Source: an uncultured Candidatus Epulonipiscium sp. (GTDB taxonomy: Bacteria > Bacillota > Clostridia > Lachnospirales > Cellulosilyticaceae). From it: a stretch of DNA of 43,024 nucleotides. The notes beneath the pieces are model-generated. The model saw only the letters and a program-made list of their open reading frames with translations. It was not told the DNA's origin and ran no database searches. The stretch covers positions 1 through 43,024 of the forward strand of contig CAZLPH010000002.1 of the NCBI GenBank assembly GCA_964561345.1. The letters are read 5' to 3'. Within the stretch, counting starts at the first letter, position 1. The number at the start of each line of letters is the position of its first letter. This document shows positions 1 through 8,221 of this stretch, one piece after another. Made by a program: the position numbers and the translations under genes.

Positions 1-127
1 TTTAACCTATTCGCCAAAGGAATTAATCATTATTAACTAAACAAATAATAGTTTGTATTTAAATATTGAAAAAACCAGTAATATAGTTTAAACTATAAAG
101 GACAATCTTATAATAGGAGGTATAGAC

Positions 128-685
128 ATGATTTCAGCAGGAGACTTTAAAAACGGGGTTACAATCGAATATGATGGACATATTTTTCAAATTCTAGAAT
201 TCCAACATGTTAAACCGGGTAAAGGTGCGGCATTTGTTCGCTGTAAACTAAAAAACGTTATTTCAGGTGGTGCAATTGAGAAAACATTCCGACCAAGTGA
301 AAAAATGCCAAGGGCTCACATAGATCGTAAAGATATGGAGTACTTATATGGTGATGGAGATATGTATCACTTTATGGATGCAGAAACATATGAGCAAGTT
401 GCAGTTGATGCAGATAGTGTGGAGGACGAACTAAAGTTTATCAAAGAAAATCAAATTGTAAAAGTATTATCCCACAAAGGAAAGGTATTTGGTATTGAGC
501 CACCACTTAGTGTGGAGCTTGAAGTTACTGAAACAGAGCCTGGTTTTAAAGGTGATACATCATCAGGTGGTACAAAACCTGCAATTGTTGAAACAGGTGC
601 TAAAGTTATGGTTCCTTTATTCATTGACCAAGGGGAAATCATTAAAGTTGAAACAAGTACGGGAGATTATTTAGGAAGAGCTTAA
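128..685 (+). CDS. efp: Translation elongation factor P
   Basis: 185 aa. The N-terminus '[35 protein letters not shown]' is the classic EF-P signature, including the VKPGKG loop. An AGGAGG SD lies ~7 nt upstream of the ATG. Confidence 0.95.
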   Translation: MISAGDFKNGVTIEYDGHIFQILEFQHVKPGKGAAFVRCKLKNVISGGAIEKTFRPSEKMPRAHIDRKDMEYLYGDGDMYHFMDAETYEQVAVDADSVEDELKFIKENQIVKVLSHKGKVFGIEPPLSVELEVTETEPGFKGDTSSGGTKPAIVETGAKVMVPLFIDQGEIIKVETSTGDYLGRA

Positions 686-710
686 GTGCTTTAAACCAGA
701 GTAATTCATA

Positions 711-750
711 AAAAGCTAGGACTAATTTATATTAGTCCTAGCTTTTTTTT
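711..750 (+). terminator. Rho-independent terminator after efp
   Basis: AAAAGCTAGGACTAAT / ATTAGTCCTAGC stem with a 4-nt loop, followed by T8. Confidence 0.8.
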
Positions 751-772
751 GTTCTAAAATAGGACAAGCCCT

Positions 773-780
773 CATACATA
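773..780 (+). promoter_or_regulatory. Possible sigma-E-type -10 element upstream of spoIIIAA
   Basis: CATACATA lies ~33 nt upstream of the spoIIIAA ATG and resembles the sigma-E -10 consensus cATAcanT. The spoIIIA operon is sigma-E dependent in Bacillus subtilis. The -35 region is not convincing. Confidence 0.3.
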
Positions 781-812
781 TAAGAGTAAGAAACTTTTGG
801 AGGAGGAATGCT

Positions 813-1775
813 ATGGGTATAAAAGAAACAATTATCAGTGCTTTGGGAATCCGTCTTAAGACCATCTTTAATAAACTTAGCAAAGAGGAATTTAATAGGA
901 TTTATGAAATAAGGATTCGCATAGATCAGCCATTAATTATTATGAAAGATAATGAAGAGGTTTTTATTAAAATAGACGGAACATATACAGAAGATATTAA
1001 AGAAGGTGTTAGGGCAAGATCAGAAGATATTAAAAACACTCTCGAAATTATGAGTCAATATTCATTATATGCCTTTGAAGAAGAATTAAGACAAGGTTAT
1101 ATTACATTAGAGGGTGGCCACCGAGTAGGGATTGTAGGAAAAATGATAATTGAAAATAATAAAATCAAATCAATTCGCTATGTAGGGGCTATGAATATTA
1201 GAGTTGCTCATGAAATTATTGGGGCTGCAGATAAAATTCTTCCCTATGTATATCAGTCGCCCAATACAATTTATCATACCCTGCTTGTTTCCCCGCCAAG
1301 GTGCGGAAAAACAACTATTCTTAGAGACCTTATTCGCCAGATTAGTAAAGGGTCGGGTCTTCAAAAAGGCATAACCGTGGGGGTGGTTGATGAACGTTCT
1401 GAAATAGCTGGGTGTTACAGAGGTGTGCCACAAAATGAGATAGGGCCAAGGACTGATGTATTAGATGGCTGTACCAAGGTAGACGGTATGCTTATGCTTC
1501 TTCGTTCTATGTCGCCAGCTGTTATAGTTGTTGATGAAATTGGAAAAAAAGAAGATTTATTTGCTATTGAAGAAGTATTAAATGCAGGCGTAAAAATAAT
1601 TTGTACGGTTCATGGTACTAACCTAACGGATCTTATGCAAAAGCCAATCTTAAAAGAAATGATTGAAAAAAACTTTTTCCAACGGATTATATGTATTTCA
1701 TCTCGAAAAGGTCCGGGGACTATAGAGACTATATTAGATGGTAAGACACGGGGGGATTGCAAAGTTGTTTCTTAG
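813..1775 (+). CDS. spoIIIAA: Stage III sporulation protein AA (AAA+ ATPase)
   Basis: 320 aa with Walker A 'SPPRCGKTT' and Walker B 'VIVVDEIG'. It is the first gene of an eight-gene block with canonical spoIIIA order and sizes. Confidence 0.9.
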   Translation: MGIKETIISALGIRLKTIFNKLSKEEFNRIYEIRIRIDQPLIIMKDNEEVFIKIDGTYTEDIKEGVRARSEDIKNTLEIMSQYSLYAFEEELRQGYITLEGGHRVGIVGKMIIENNKIKSIRYVGAMNIRVAHEIIGAADKILPYVYQSPNTIYHTLLVSPPRCGKTTILRDLIRQISKGSGLQKGITVGVVDERSEIAGCYRGVPQNEIGPRTDVLDGCTKVDGMLMLLRSMSPAVIVVDEIGKKEDLFAIEEVLNAGVKIICTVHGTNLTDLMQKPILKEMIEKNFFQRIICISSRKGPGTIETILDGKTRGDCKVVS

Positions 1776-1784
1776 GAGGTAAAA

Positions 1785-2306
1785 ATGTTTATTAAGACCA
1801 TAGGAATGGCCTGTATTTTGATTAGTGCTACCATCTTAGGTTGGTATATAGACAGGCTTAAAATACTCCGTATACAGGATCTAGGGGGCCTAGAGAGAGC
1901 GTTTTATATGCTTAAGGCAGAAGTTAACTATTCGGTTACACCTTTGCCAGTAGCTATTAGGGAAATAATAGCAAAAAACCACACAAGAATTAATTGTATC
2001 TTTGAAAAGCTTCTAAGCCTGATAGAAAATAAAACCGGAGAAAGTATCTCCCTTCTTTGGGAAGAGGCAGTTAAAAATCAGGGTTCTTATGTTTATTTAG
2101 AGGATGAGGACGTAGAGAATCTCCTAGCTTTCGGCCAAGCCCTAGGCTACTTAGACAAAGAAATGCAAAAGAAAAATATAGAGATAATCTTGGATTATCT
2201 AGGGCAGCAAATTAAAAAATTGGAAAAGCAGCAAGAAAAAAATGGACGGCTCTATAGAAGCCTGGGGGCCTTAGGAGGCTGCTTGTTATGTATCTTACTA
2301 TTTTGA
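1785..2306 (+). CDS. spoIIIAB: Stage III sporulation protein AB
   Basis: 173 aa with TM segments at the N- and C-termini. It holds position 2 of the spoIIIA operon and has a GGAGG SD. Confidence 0.85.
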   Translation: MFIKTIGMACILISATILGWYIDRLKILRIQDLGGLERAFYMLKAEVNYSVTPLPVAIREIIAKNHTRINCIFEKLLSLIENKTGESISLLWEEAVKNQGSYVYLEDEDVENLLAFGQALGYLDKEMQKKNIEIILDYLGQQIKKLEKQQEKNGRLYRSLGALGGCLLCILLF

Positions 2307-2331
2307 GAAAAGCTTCTAAGGGAGGAAAAAG

Positions 2332-2526
2332 ATGGATACAATGATTATATTTAAAATCGCTGGAATGGGATTTATGGTTTCGATACTAAATATTATTTTA
2401 AAAAAATGTGGCCGAGATGAAGAAGCGTTTTTTGTAAGCTTAGCTGGGACAATCCTAGTTTTTTTGTGGCTAGTCCAGTATATCAGCCGTTTTTTTGAAG
2501 CAATCCAAACATTATTTGTGTTTTAG
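2332..2526 (+). CDS. spoIIIAC: Stage III sporulation protein AC
   Basis: 64-aa two-TM protein at position 3 of the operon, with a GGGAGGAAA SD. Confidence 0.85.
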   Translation: MDTMIIFKIAGMGFMVSILNIILKKCGRDEEAFFVSLAGTILVFLWLVQYISRFFEAIQTLFVF

Positions 2527-2536
2527 GGGTGATAAA

Positions 2537-2923
2537 ATGGGGATTATTCAGATCATTAGTATTGGTATTATGGCTACAATATTATCACTAACAGTGGGGC
2601 AACAAGATGCTACATGGCGTTTTTATATAAGGTTTGCCACATCTTTAATTATAATGTTTTTTATTATTTCACAGCTAGCAGGTATCTTTGATACAGCAAG
2701 TCACTTGGGGGAAAGAGCAAAGGTTGACGCGCCTTATATGAATATTGTTTTTAAGATTATAGGGATTTCTTATATTTCAGAGTTTGGTGCGGGTTTGTGT
2801 AAAGATGCGGGAGAGGGGGCCATAGCCTCTAAAATAGAATTTGCAGGTAAAGTTATGATTCTAGCAACATCAGCGCCAATTATACTAGCCTTAATGGATT
2901 TAATTACAACGATGCTTGCATAA
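2537..2923 (+). CDS. spoIIIAD: Stage III sporulation protein AD
   Basis: The track ORF starts at 2495 and overlaps spoIIIAC. The in-frame ATG at 2537 (MGIIQIISIG...) follows an AGGGGTGA SD and is the likely start. The product is a multi-TM ~128-aa protein. Confidence 0.85.
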   Translation: MGIIQIISIGIMATILSLTVGQQDATWRFYIRFATSLIIMFFIISQLAGIFDTASHLGERAKVDAPYMNIVFKIIGISYISEFGAGLCKDAGEGAIASKIEFAGKVMILATSAPIILALMDLITTMLA

Positions 2924-2938
2924 GAAGTGAGGTGACAA

Positions 2939-4105
2939 ATGAGAAAAGTAATCTTTATGGCCATAATTAGTTTATTAATAGTATGGACCCCAATATTTGC
3001 TGATGAATCCATAGATTCTATTTTAAATAAGCAAATAAATATTTTAGACTTATCAGAACCTGAAAAAGCAATAGACAAGGTTAAGTCTGAGGAAGATAAT
3101 CCCTACTTACAAGAATTTAACATTAAGACTTCTATGGTAGATGCTGTTACAGGCAAACAAAATATAAGGCCCATGAAAATTTTAAGAGGAGTCATGAACT
3201 TAACCTTTGGGGAAATTGATGTCTATCTAAGCCTAATGGGAAGATTGATAATTCTAGGGATTTTCTCTACGGTACTTTCTACTTTAGGGTCATCCTTTCA
3301 AAGTAAGTCAACATCAGAGGTAGCTTTTTATGTTTGTTACATTGTTCTAATTTTAGCCCTAACAGAATCCTTTATGATCGCTATGAATATTGCTCATAAA
3401 ACCATTGAACAGATGGCCATGACCATGCAAGCATCAGTTCCAGTTATGGTTACCTTATTAATATCGACAGGTAATATGGCAAGCGGCAGTATCTTTCAAC
3501 CTGTTGTAATTTCTTCTATCCAAATTGGGACAGCTATTATTAAGAATACAGTCTTGCCCTTGGTTTTTTTTGTATCTGTCCTACAAATTATTAGTAACCT
3601 AAGTGAAGACTTTAAAATAGATGCCCTTGTAGAATTAGCTTATTCTGTGATTAAGTGGATATTACGAGGAATTGTTACACTTTTTGTTGGAATAATGGGT
3701 ATTCACGGCTTAACCGCTCCCTTTATAGACGGCACCCTTAATAAAGCGGCTAAGAGTATGACTTCAGCCTTTATACCTGTTGTAGGGGAAGCTTTGAGCG
3801 GGACGGTGGATTTGGTTATGAATTGTGGGGTTATTGTAAAAAACTCTTATACTGTTGGTATTATTATCGTCCTTTTACTAATCTGTGTTGTGCCATTAAT
3901 TAAAGTATTCTTGTGTATGGTTGTTTACCAGATAACAGCGGCTATCATAGAGCCAATCTCAAACAAACGCATTGCAAAGTCTATGTCAGGAATGGGACGG
4001 GCAACGGGATACCTTCTTGGCACCTTAACCACAGTTATGGTGTTATTTATATTAAATATGCTCATTCTAGTGGGGGCTAGTAATATCACCGCAATGATGA
4101 GATAG
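2939..4105 (+). CDS. spoIIIAE: Stage III sporulation protein AE
   Basis: 388 aa with a signal peptide and multiple TM segments. It holds position 5 of the operon. Confidence 0.85.
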   Translation: MRKVIFMAIISLLIVWTPIFADESIDSILNKQINILDLSEPEKAIDKVKSEEDNPYLQEFNIKTSMVDAVTGKQNIRPMKILRGVMNLTFGEIDVYLSLMGRLIILGIFSTVLSTLGSSFQSKSTSEVAFYVCYIVLILALTESFMIAMNIAHKTIEQMAMTMQASVPVMVTLLISTGNMASGSIFQPVVISSIQIGTAIIKNTVLPLVFFVSVLQIISNLSEDFKIDALVELAYSVIKWILRGIVTLFVGIMGIHGLTAPFIDGTLNKAAKSMTSAFIPVVGEALSGTVDLVMNCGVIVKNSYTVGIIIVLLLICVVPLIKVFLCMVVYQITAAIIEPISNKRIAKSMSGMGRATGYLLGTLTTVMVLFILNMLILVGASNITAMMR

Positions 4106-4113
4106 GAGGAGTT

Positions 4114-4734
4114 ATGGTAGGTCTTATATCACAATATACCCAAAGTATTGCAATGATTATTATATTTACAAGCGTTATTAATTTGATTATGCCTAGCGGG
4201 AAGTTTCAAAAATATATTAAAATGGTTCTTGGGCTTATTGTTATTATAACTATTTTGGGCCCTATCAATACACTTGTTTTTAAAAACAAACCAGACTACA
4301 CGGATATTTTGAAACGGTATGAACTTGATATTGAAAGTAGTTCAATGCAAGTGCAAAGTGGCCAATATTTAGATGCTCAAAAAGATATAATCTTAGAGTA
4401 TTATAAAGAAAAACTAAACCCACAAATGATAGATATTATTGAAAAGGGAAATGAAATTGAGGTGGTGGAACTGGATATTACCTTAGATGAGACCGTAGAT
4501 TCTAATGAATTTGGTAAGATAAAAGGTATTAATATGGTCGTTGCTCAATTAGAAGAAGAAGTAAATAATAAGAAGATTAAGGTTCCCAAAATTAGAGTAG
4601 GGACTAAAGAAATCCAGAGTTATAGTGGAGACCAAATAGAGGGGCGGATTCAAGAAAAAATAAAAAAATGCTTAATTGACTTCTATAATTTGTCCCACGT
4701 TAATATAAATATTATAGTACAAAAGAATTACTAG
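4114..4734 (+). CDS. spoIIIAF: Stage III sporulation protein AF
   Basis: 206 aa with two N-terminal TM segments and a soluble C-terminal domain. It holds position 6. Confidence 0.8.
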   Translation: MVGLISQYTQSIAMIIIFTSVINLIMPSGKFQKYIKMVLGLIVIITILGPINTLVFKNKPDYTDILKRYELDIESSSMQVQSGQYLDAQKDIILEYYKEKLNPQMIDIIEKGNEIEVVELDITLDETVDSNEFGKIKGINMVVAQLEEEVNNKKIKVPKIRVGTKEIQSYSGDQIEGRIQEKIKKCLIDFYNLSHVNINIIVQKNY

Positions 4735-4746
4735 AGAGGTGATGAT

Positions 4747-5364
4747 TTGGAAATACTAGGTAAGCTATTGCCAGAAGACAAAAGGGATAAAAAAACAATC
4801 TATAAAATAATAGGGTTACTAGTAGTTGGGGTCATGCTTTTAATTGTAAGTAGTCAGTTTAGAAGTCCAGATCAAGGGGGCGAAAGTAAAGGGTTAGAAG
4901 CTAAAGCCGTGAGCATATTAACCAGTGACGCAGCACAAAGCAAGGAGATAGAGTCTTATGAAGTGGAAATGGAAAGAAGACTTCAAACTATTTTAAAAAA
5001 AATGCAAGGAGTTGGTGACGTTGAAGTAATGATTACGACTACATATGGAAAGGAAGTTGTTTTGGCACAAGATATGACAAGTCATAGCTCGTCTACCTTA
5101 GAAGAAGACACAGAGGGCGGCATTAGGGAAGTTAATAATTATGATGATCAAACAAAGGTAGTGATGAAAAGCAGTAACCTTACTGCTGGCAACGAGCCTG
5201 TTGTCATTAAGGAAAAACAACCTGAAATACAAGGGGTTCTCATCATTGCTCAAGGCGCAGGAAATAGTGTGGTAAAACAGGCAATCATCCAGTCAGCTCA
5301 GACATTACTTGGGGTCCCGGTACACAGAGTAACGGTTCATCAATTGCAAACGCTAAAAAAATAA
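4747..5364 (+). CDS. spoIIIAG: Stage III sporulation protein AG
   Basis: 205 aa with a TTG start after a GAGAGGTGA SD and an N-terminal TM segment. The C-terminal 'EIQGVLIIAQGAGNSVVKQAI' is typical of the SpoIIIAG ring-building motif region. Confidence 0.8.
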   Translation: MEILGKLLPEDKRDKKTIYKIIGLLVVGVMLLIVSSQFRSPDQGGESKGLEAKAVSILTSDAAQSKEIESYEVEMERRLQTILKKMQGVGDVEVMITTTYGKEVVLAQDMTSHSSSTLEEDTEGGIREVNNYDDQTKVVMKSSNLTAGNEPVVIKEKQPEIQGVLIIAQGAGNSVVKQAIIQSAQTLLGVPVHRVTVHQLQTLKK

Positions 5365-5380
5365 TAAGGGGGAATTAAAT

Positions 5381-6199
5381 ATGTTTGTATTTAAAAGAAA
5401 TCAAATTATTATAACAGCACTTGTTTTTATGGTATCTATTGCAGCGTATTTGAATTTTACGGACAATAAAAATGCAGTTCAACCAACGTTTGATGATGGG
5501 GGGCAAAAAATAACTGAAACCGCAGCAGGAAGGGAAGGGTTAGATGTAAGCTCTGATGATTTTTTTACAAGTTATGAATTGGCAGATATTGATACACTAG
5601 CGCCGGACTTTGAAGTAGGTATGGAAGATGGATTAACAGCACAAGTTGATTCAGAAAATATAGCAGAAGCGGATACTTTAGAAGAATCTACTGGTGTAAC
5701 ACCTGATAATCATGTGCCTGAGTGGGCCCCGATGTCTTTAAAAGATAAGATGATGGCAGAAAATAAGAAAATTACAGACAAAATCGCAGAAAATATTGGT
5801 GATAATGTTGTTAGTGAAGAAGTGGTTCTTGTCAACAAATCTTATGATGTTAACTATTTCGTAGAGGCAAAAATGGACAGGGAGCAAAAACGCTCCGAGC
5901 AAATTGAAATGTTAGCGGAGTGTATTAGTAGTGACACCTTAGACAAGGATTCAAAATCAGGGGCAGCAACGAATCTTATAACCCTCCAAGAGCGTATTGA
6001 AAAAGAAAGTGCAATTGAGTCACTTCTAAAAGCAAAAGGGTTTAAAGAGGTATTTGTTCGTATTAGTGATGATGATGTGGATGTGGTCATTAATAGGGAA
6101 AAAATTGAAGAAGCTGATATTGCCCAGATTGAAGATATTGTAAGACGAAAAACTGGCTACGCCACAAGTCAGATTAAGATTAGTCCGCTAAAGAGTTAG
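5381..6199 (+). CDS. spoIIIAH: Stage III sporulation protein AH
   Basis: 272 aa with an N-terminal TM segment, a long acidic linker and a C-terminal YscJ/FliF-like region (FVEAKMDREQKRSE...VFVRISDDDVDVVIN). It is the last gene of the operon. Confidence 0.8.
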   Translation: MFVFKRNQIIITALVFMVSIAAYLNFTDNKNAVQPTFDDGGQKITETAAGREGLDVSSDDFFTSYELADIDTLAPDFEVGMEDGLTAQVDSENIAEADTLEESTGVTPDNHVPEWAPMSLKDKMMAENKKITDKIAENIGDNVVSEEVVLVNKSYDVNYFVEAKMDREQKRSEQIEMLAECISSDTLDKDSKSGAATNLITLQERIEKESAIESLLKAKGFKEVFVRISDDDVDVVINREKIEEADIAQIEDIVRRKTGYATSQIKISPLKS

Positions 6200-6204
6200 A
6201 GAGT

Positions 6205-6312
6205 GGGTTAAGACGCGTAGGAGGGGGATATACATAGGTTCAACAAATAACTAACGTTAAACTTGTTGAACTTATGTATATCCCCCACTGTGCGGTCGGC
6301 CACAACTAACCC
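6205..6312 (+). repeat. Extended-hairpin repeat, copy 1 (~108 nt)
   Basis: Basal helix GGGTTA(6205-6210)/TAACCC(6307-6312). A 24-bp upper helix pairs 6223-6246 with 6263-6286 and has one G:T that pairs only in the + sense. The 16-nt loop is ATAACTAACGTTAAAC. It shares the core ..ATAGGTTCAACAA/TTGTTGAAC.. with copies 2 and 3. Confidence 0.85.
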
Positions 6313-6373
6313 CGAAGAATTCCCTATTGCCCACAGCTCCCTTTAAGGTATAATAGAAATAAAGGGGGCACTC

Positions 6374-6964
6374 ATGAAGAAAAAGGTTCTCACAGGCATA
6401 ATCGTTTTGTGCTCTATAGTCTTAGCCACGGTGATCATAATAGAAGGTCTAATCATTATCATAGGCAACAAAACTGAAACGGAACAAGAGGTAGATTATC
6501 TTATTATTTTAGGAGCAGGATTATACTGGGACAAGATTTCTCCCGCTTTGGAAGAAAGACTGAAAGTATCCTTGGAATATTTAGAGGAAAACAAAAAGAT
6601 GAAAGTCATTGTTTCTGGCGGACAAGGTCCCAATGAAAAGTTTTCGGAAGCCTATGCTATGAGTGAATATTTGCTTCAGTGTGGGATTGAAAAAGACAGG
6701 ATCATTTTATAAGATAGATCTAGCAATACCTTCCAAAACTTAAGTTTTAGTCTAGAAAAAATAAAGAAAGTAAACTCTCAGAAGGGTCCGAAGGTTCTGA
6801 TTGCGAGTAATGATTTCCATGTGTTTAGAGCAAAGATAATTGCTAAAAGATTAGGAATGGTAGCTTATGGCTTACCAGCTCAAACCCCGGCTAAAATTAT
6901 TTTCAAATCATATGTTAGGGAATATTTTACGGTGATTAAGTCTTTATTATTTGATCGGTTATAA
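6374..6964 (+). pseudogene. DUF218/YdcF(SanA)-family gene interrupted by an in-frame TAA
   Basis: ORF 6374-6712 carries the N-terminal TM segment plus 'YLIILGAG...VIVSGGQG...SEAYAMSEYL'. The same frame continues after the TAA at 6710-6712 as 'DRSSNTFQNLSFS...LIASNDFHVFRAKIIAKRLG...' down to the TAA at 6962-6964. The stop sits where the family has a conserved Glu (..E..S.NT.EN), so GAA->TAA is a one-base change. Confidence 0.7.
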
Positions 6965-6986
6965 ACACAAATGAGGTGGTGGTGAA

Positions 6987-7103
6987 GTGGATTCGTCAAT
7001 ATGGATAGTGGTTATAATAGTGGTCATAATATCAACGGGGCAATTTGGTGTTAACATAAAAGGGAAAATACATAGATATAAAAGAAAATTGGATGAAAGT
7101 TGA
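6987..7103 (+). CDS. Hypothetical 38-aa membrane peptide (GTG start)
   Basis: VDSSIWIVVIIVVIISTGQFGVNIKGKIHRYKRKLDES has one hydrophobic helix and a basic tail, and a GAGGTGGTGG SD lies upstream. It is too short for the ORF track and no family was recognised. Confidence 0.25.
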   Translation: MDSSIWIVVIIVVIISTGQFGVNIKGKIHRYKRKLDES

Positions 7104-7170
7104 AACCAGGAATGGTAAGTCAGTAGAACTGATTAATGCGGATTTTGTCCAAAGTATTAAAGTGATTTAG
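7093..7170 (+). CDS. Hypothetical 25-aa ORF overlapping the preceding mini-ORF
   Basis: MKVETRNGKSVELINADFVQSIKVI. It overlaps 6987-7103 by 11 nt in another frame, just after an A-rich run (AAAAGAAAA). The pair may be one frameshifted ~62-aa gene. Confidence 0.2.
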   Translation: MKVETRNGKSVELINADFVQSIKVI

Positions 7171-7174
7171 GTTG

Positions 7175-7276
7175 AGGATGGCAAGGGTACGGGTAATATA
7201 AATAGGGTTCAACAAATAACGAGTGTTAAAATTGTTGAACCCTATTTATATTACCCGCTTTGTGGTAGGCCATCCT
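7175..7276 (+). repeat. Extended-hairpin repeat, copy 2 (~102 nt)
   Basis: Basal helix AGGATGGC(7175-7182)/GCCATCCT(7269-7276). A perfect 25-bp upper helix pairs 7191-7215 with 7232-7256. The 16-nt loop is ATAACGAGTGTTAAAA. Confidence 0.85.
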
Positions 7277-7300
7277 TTGTGGGAGCCCTATTGTTTGTCT

Positions 7301-8011
7301 CTAGCTGTGGTCTGAAAAATCATATTTGTCAGGCTTGGTTATATTGGCTATATTGGTATCCTCTAGGAGGGGAATATTGACGGTGATTTTTTGAATAATA
7401 GCTGTTAAGATAATAACCGTGGCTGGAATTAGGAGCAAGAAGGTGCGGCTTATTATATTATTGTTGTAGGCATCTATTACATTTAGTGAGATGAGGGTTC
7501 CAAGGACAAATCCTACCCATCTTAGGGACCAGAAGATTACACCGTTCCAGTTGCCTTTGGCTAAATTAATCCCGATATCCGTAGAGGCTCCGGTTAAATG
7601 AGTGGTCCGGTCAATGGCTGTTAAACTGGATGCAGCATTTAAACTACCCATAGCCATAGGAATCGTTATAAAAGAAAAATGCATATTTGCAATTAGACTC
7701 GAAAAAATAGTTATAATAAGCATCATGCTTGTAAAAAATAACCCACCAATCAATCCCGTTTTTCGTGTAATCAAGGTGGAAATGCAAGCACCCAGAATAA
7801 ACGATACAATGATCAACAATACGAATCCTACCGCCACACTCTCCCCATTAAAAATCAGCAGACCCAACTTAGCAGCCCTCCCAGTCATAGAAGAAGTCCG
7901 TTTATCCAAAAAAATCAACAAACTAATCGTATCAATCCATCCCGCCATAACCACAAGCACAAACCCAATCACATTAATTGGCGTAAAAACTTTAATACCT
8001 ACCCTATCCAT
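7301..8011 (-). CDS. YoaK/DUF1275-family membrane protein
   Basis: 236 aa, polytopic, with the duplicated family motif 'SSMTGRAAKLG' / 'THLTGASTDIG'. Confidence 0.8.
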   Translation of the reverse strand: MDRVGIKVFTPINVIGFVLVVMAGWIDTISLLIFLDKRTSSMTGRAAKLGLLIFNGESVAVGFVLLIIVSFILGACISTLITRKTGLIGGLFFTSMMLIITIFSSLIANMHFSFITIPMAMGSLNAASSLTAIDRTTHLTGASTDIGINLAKGNWNGVIFWSLRWVGFVLGTLISLNVIDAYNNNIISRTFLLLIPATVIILTAIIQKITVNIPLLEDTNIANITKPDKYDFSDHS

Positions 8012-8058
8012 AACTCTCAGACCCTTTCGATTTTAAGAATATTAAGGGTTAATTATAA

Positions 8059-8167
8059 CATAGTGGCCCATGGCATGGAAGATGAAAAAATAGGGTTCAA
8101 CAAATAACTAGGGCCAAAGTTGTTGAACCCTATTTCATTTCTCGTTGCGAACCCACCCCCACTCATG
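8059..8167 (+). repeat. Extended-hairpin repeat, copy 3 (~109 nt, more degenerate)
   Basis: Core helix AATAGGGTTCAACAA(8089-8103)/TTGTTGAACCCTATT(8120-8134). The 16-nt loop is ATAACTAGGGCCAAAG. A possible basal helix is CATAGTGG(8059-8066)/CCACT-C-ATG(8159-8167). Confidence 0.7.
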
Positions 8168-8173
8168 TTATAA
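8144..8173 (+). promoter_or_regulatory. Putative sigma-A promoter of the asp23-nusB unit
   Basis: TTGCGA(8144-8149)-N18-TATAAT(8168-8173), ~50 nt upstream of the asp23 ATG. The -35 lies inside the 3' arm of repeat copy 3. Confidence 0.4.
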
Positions 8174-8221
8174 TGAGACAATATGTTGAGATGATAAAAG
8201 ATTAATATAGGAGGAATATAG

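Noticed and set aside
2495-2536. Upstream start for spoIIIAD given by the ORF track (similarly 10529 for ispA, 11966 for dxs, 26592 for the kinase and 34897 for DUF1538-B)
   Set aside because: These extensions overlap the preceding gene and lack an SD. Internal in-frame ATGs with good SDs, or with stop/start overlaps, give N-termini typical of the families.
7602-8036. 144-aa + strand ORF
   Set aside because: It lies entirely antisense to the well-supported YoaK/DUF1275 gene. Its composition is low-complexity, and it has no SD and no recognisable motif.
6205-8167. Hairpin repeats as a CRISPR array or as integron attC sites
   Set aside because: They are not CRISPR: the copies are ~900 bp apart, about 105 nt long and individually palindromic. 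They are not attC: I could not fit the R''/R' core sites (RYYYAAC / GTTRRRY) at the ends, no intI gene is present, and the gene orientations between copies are mixed.
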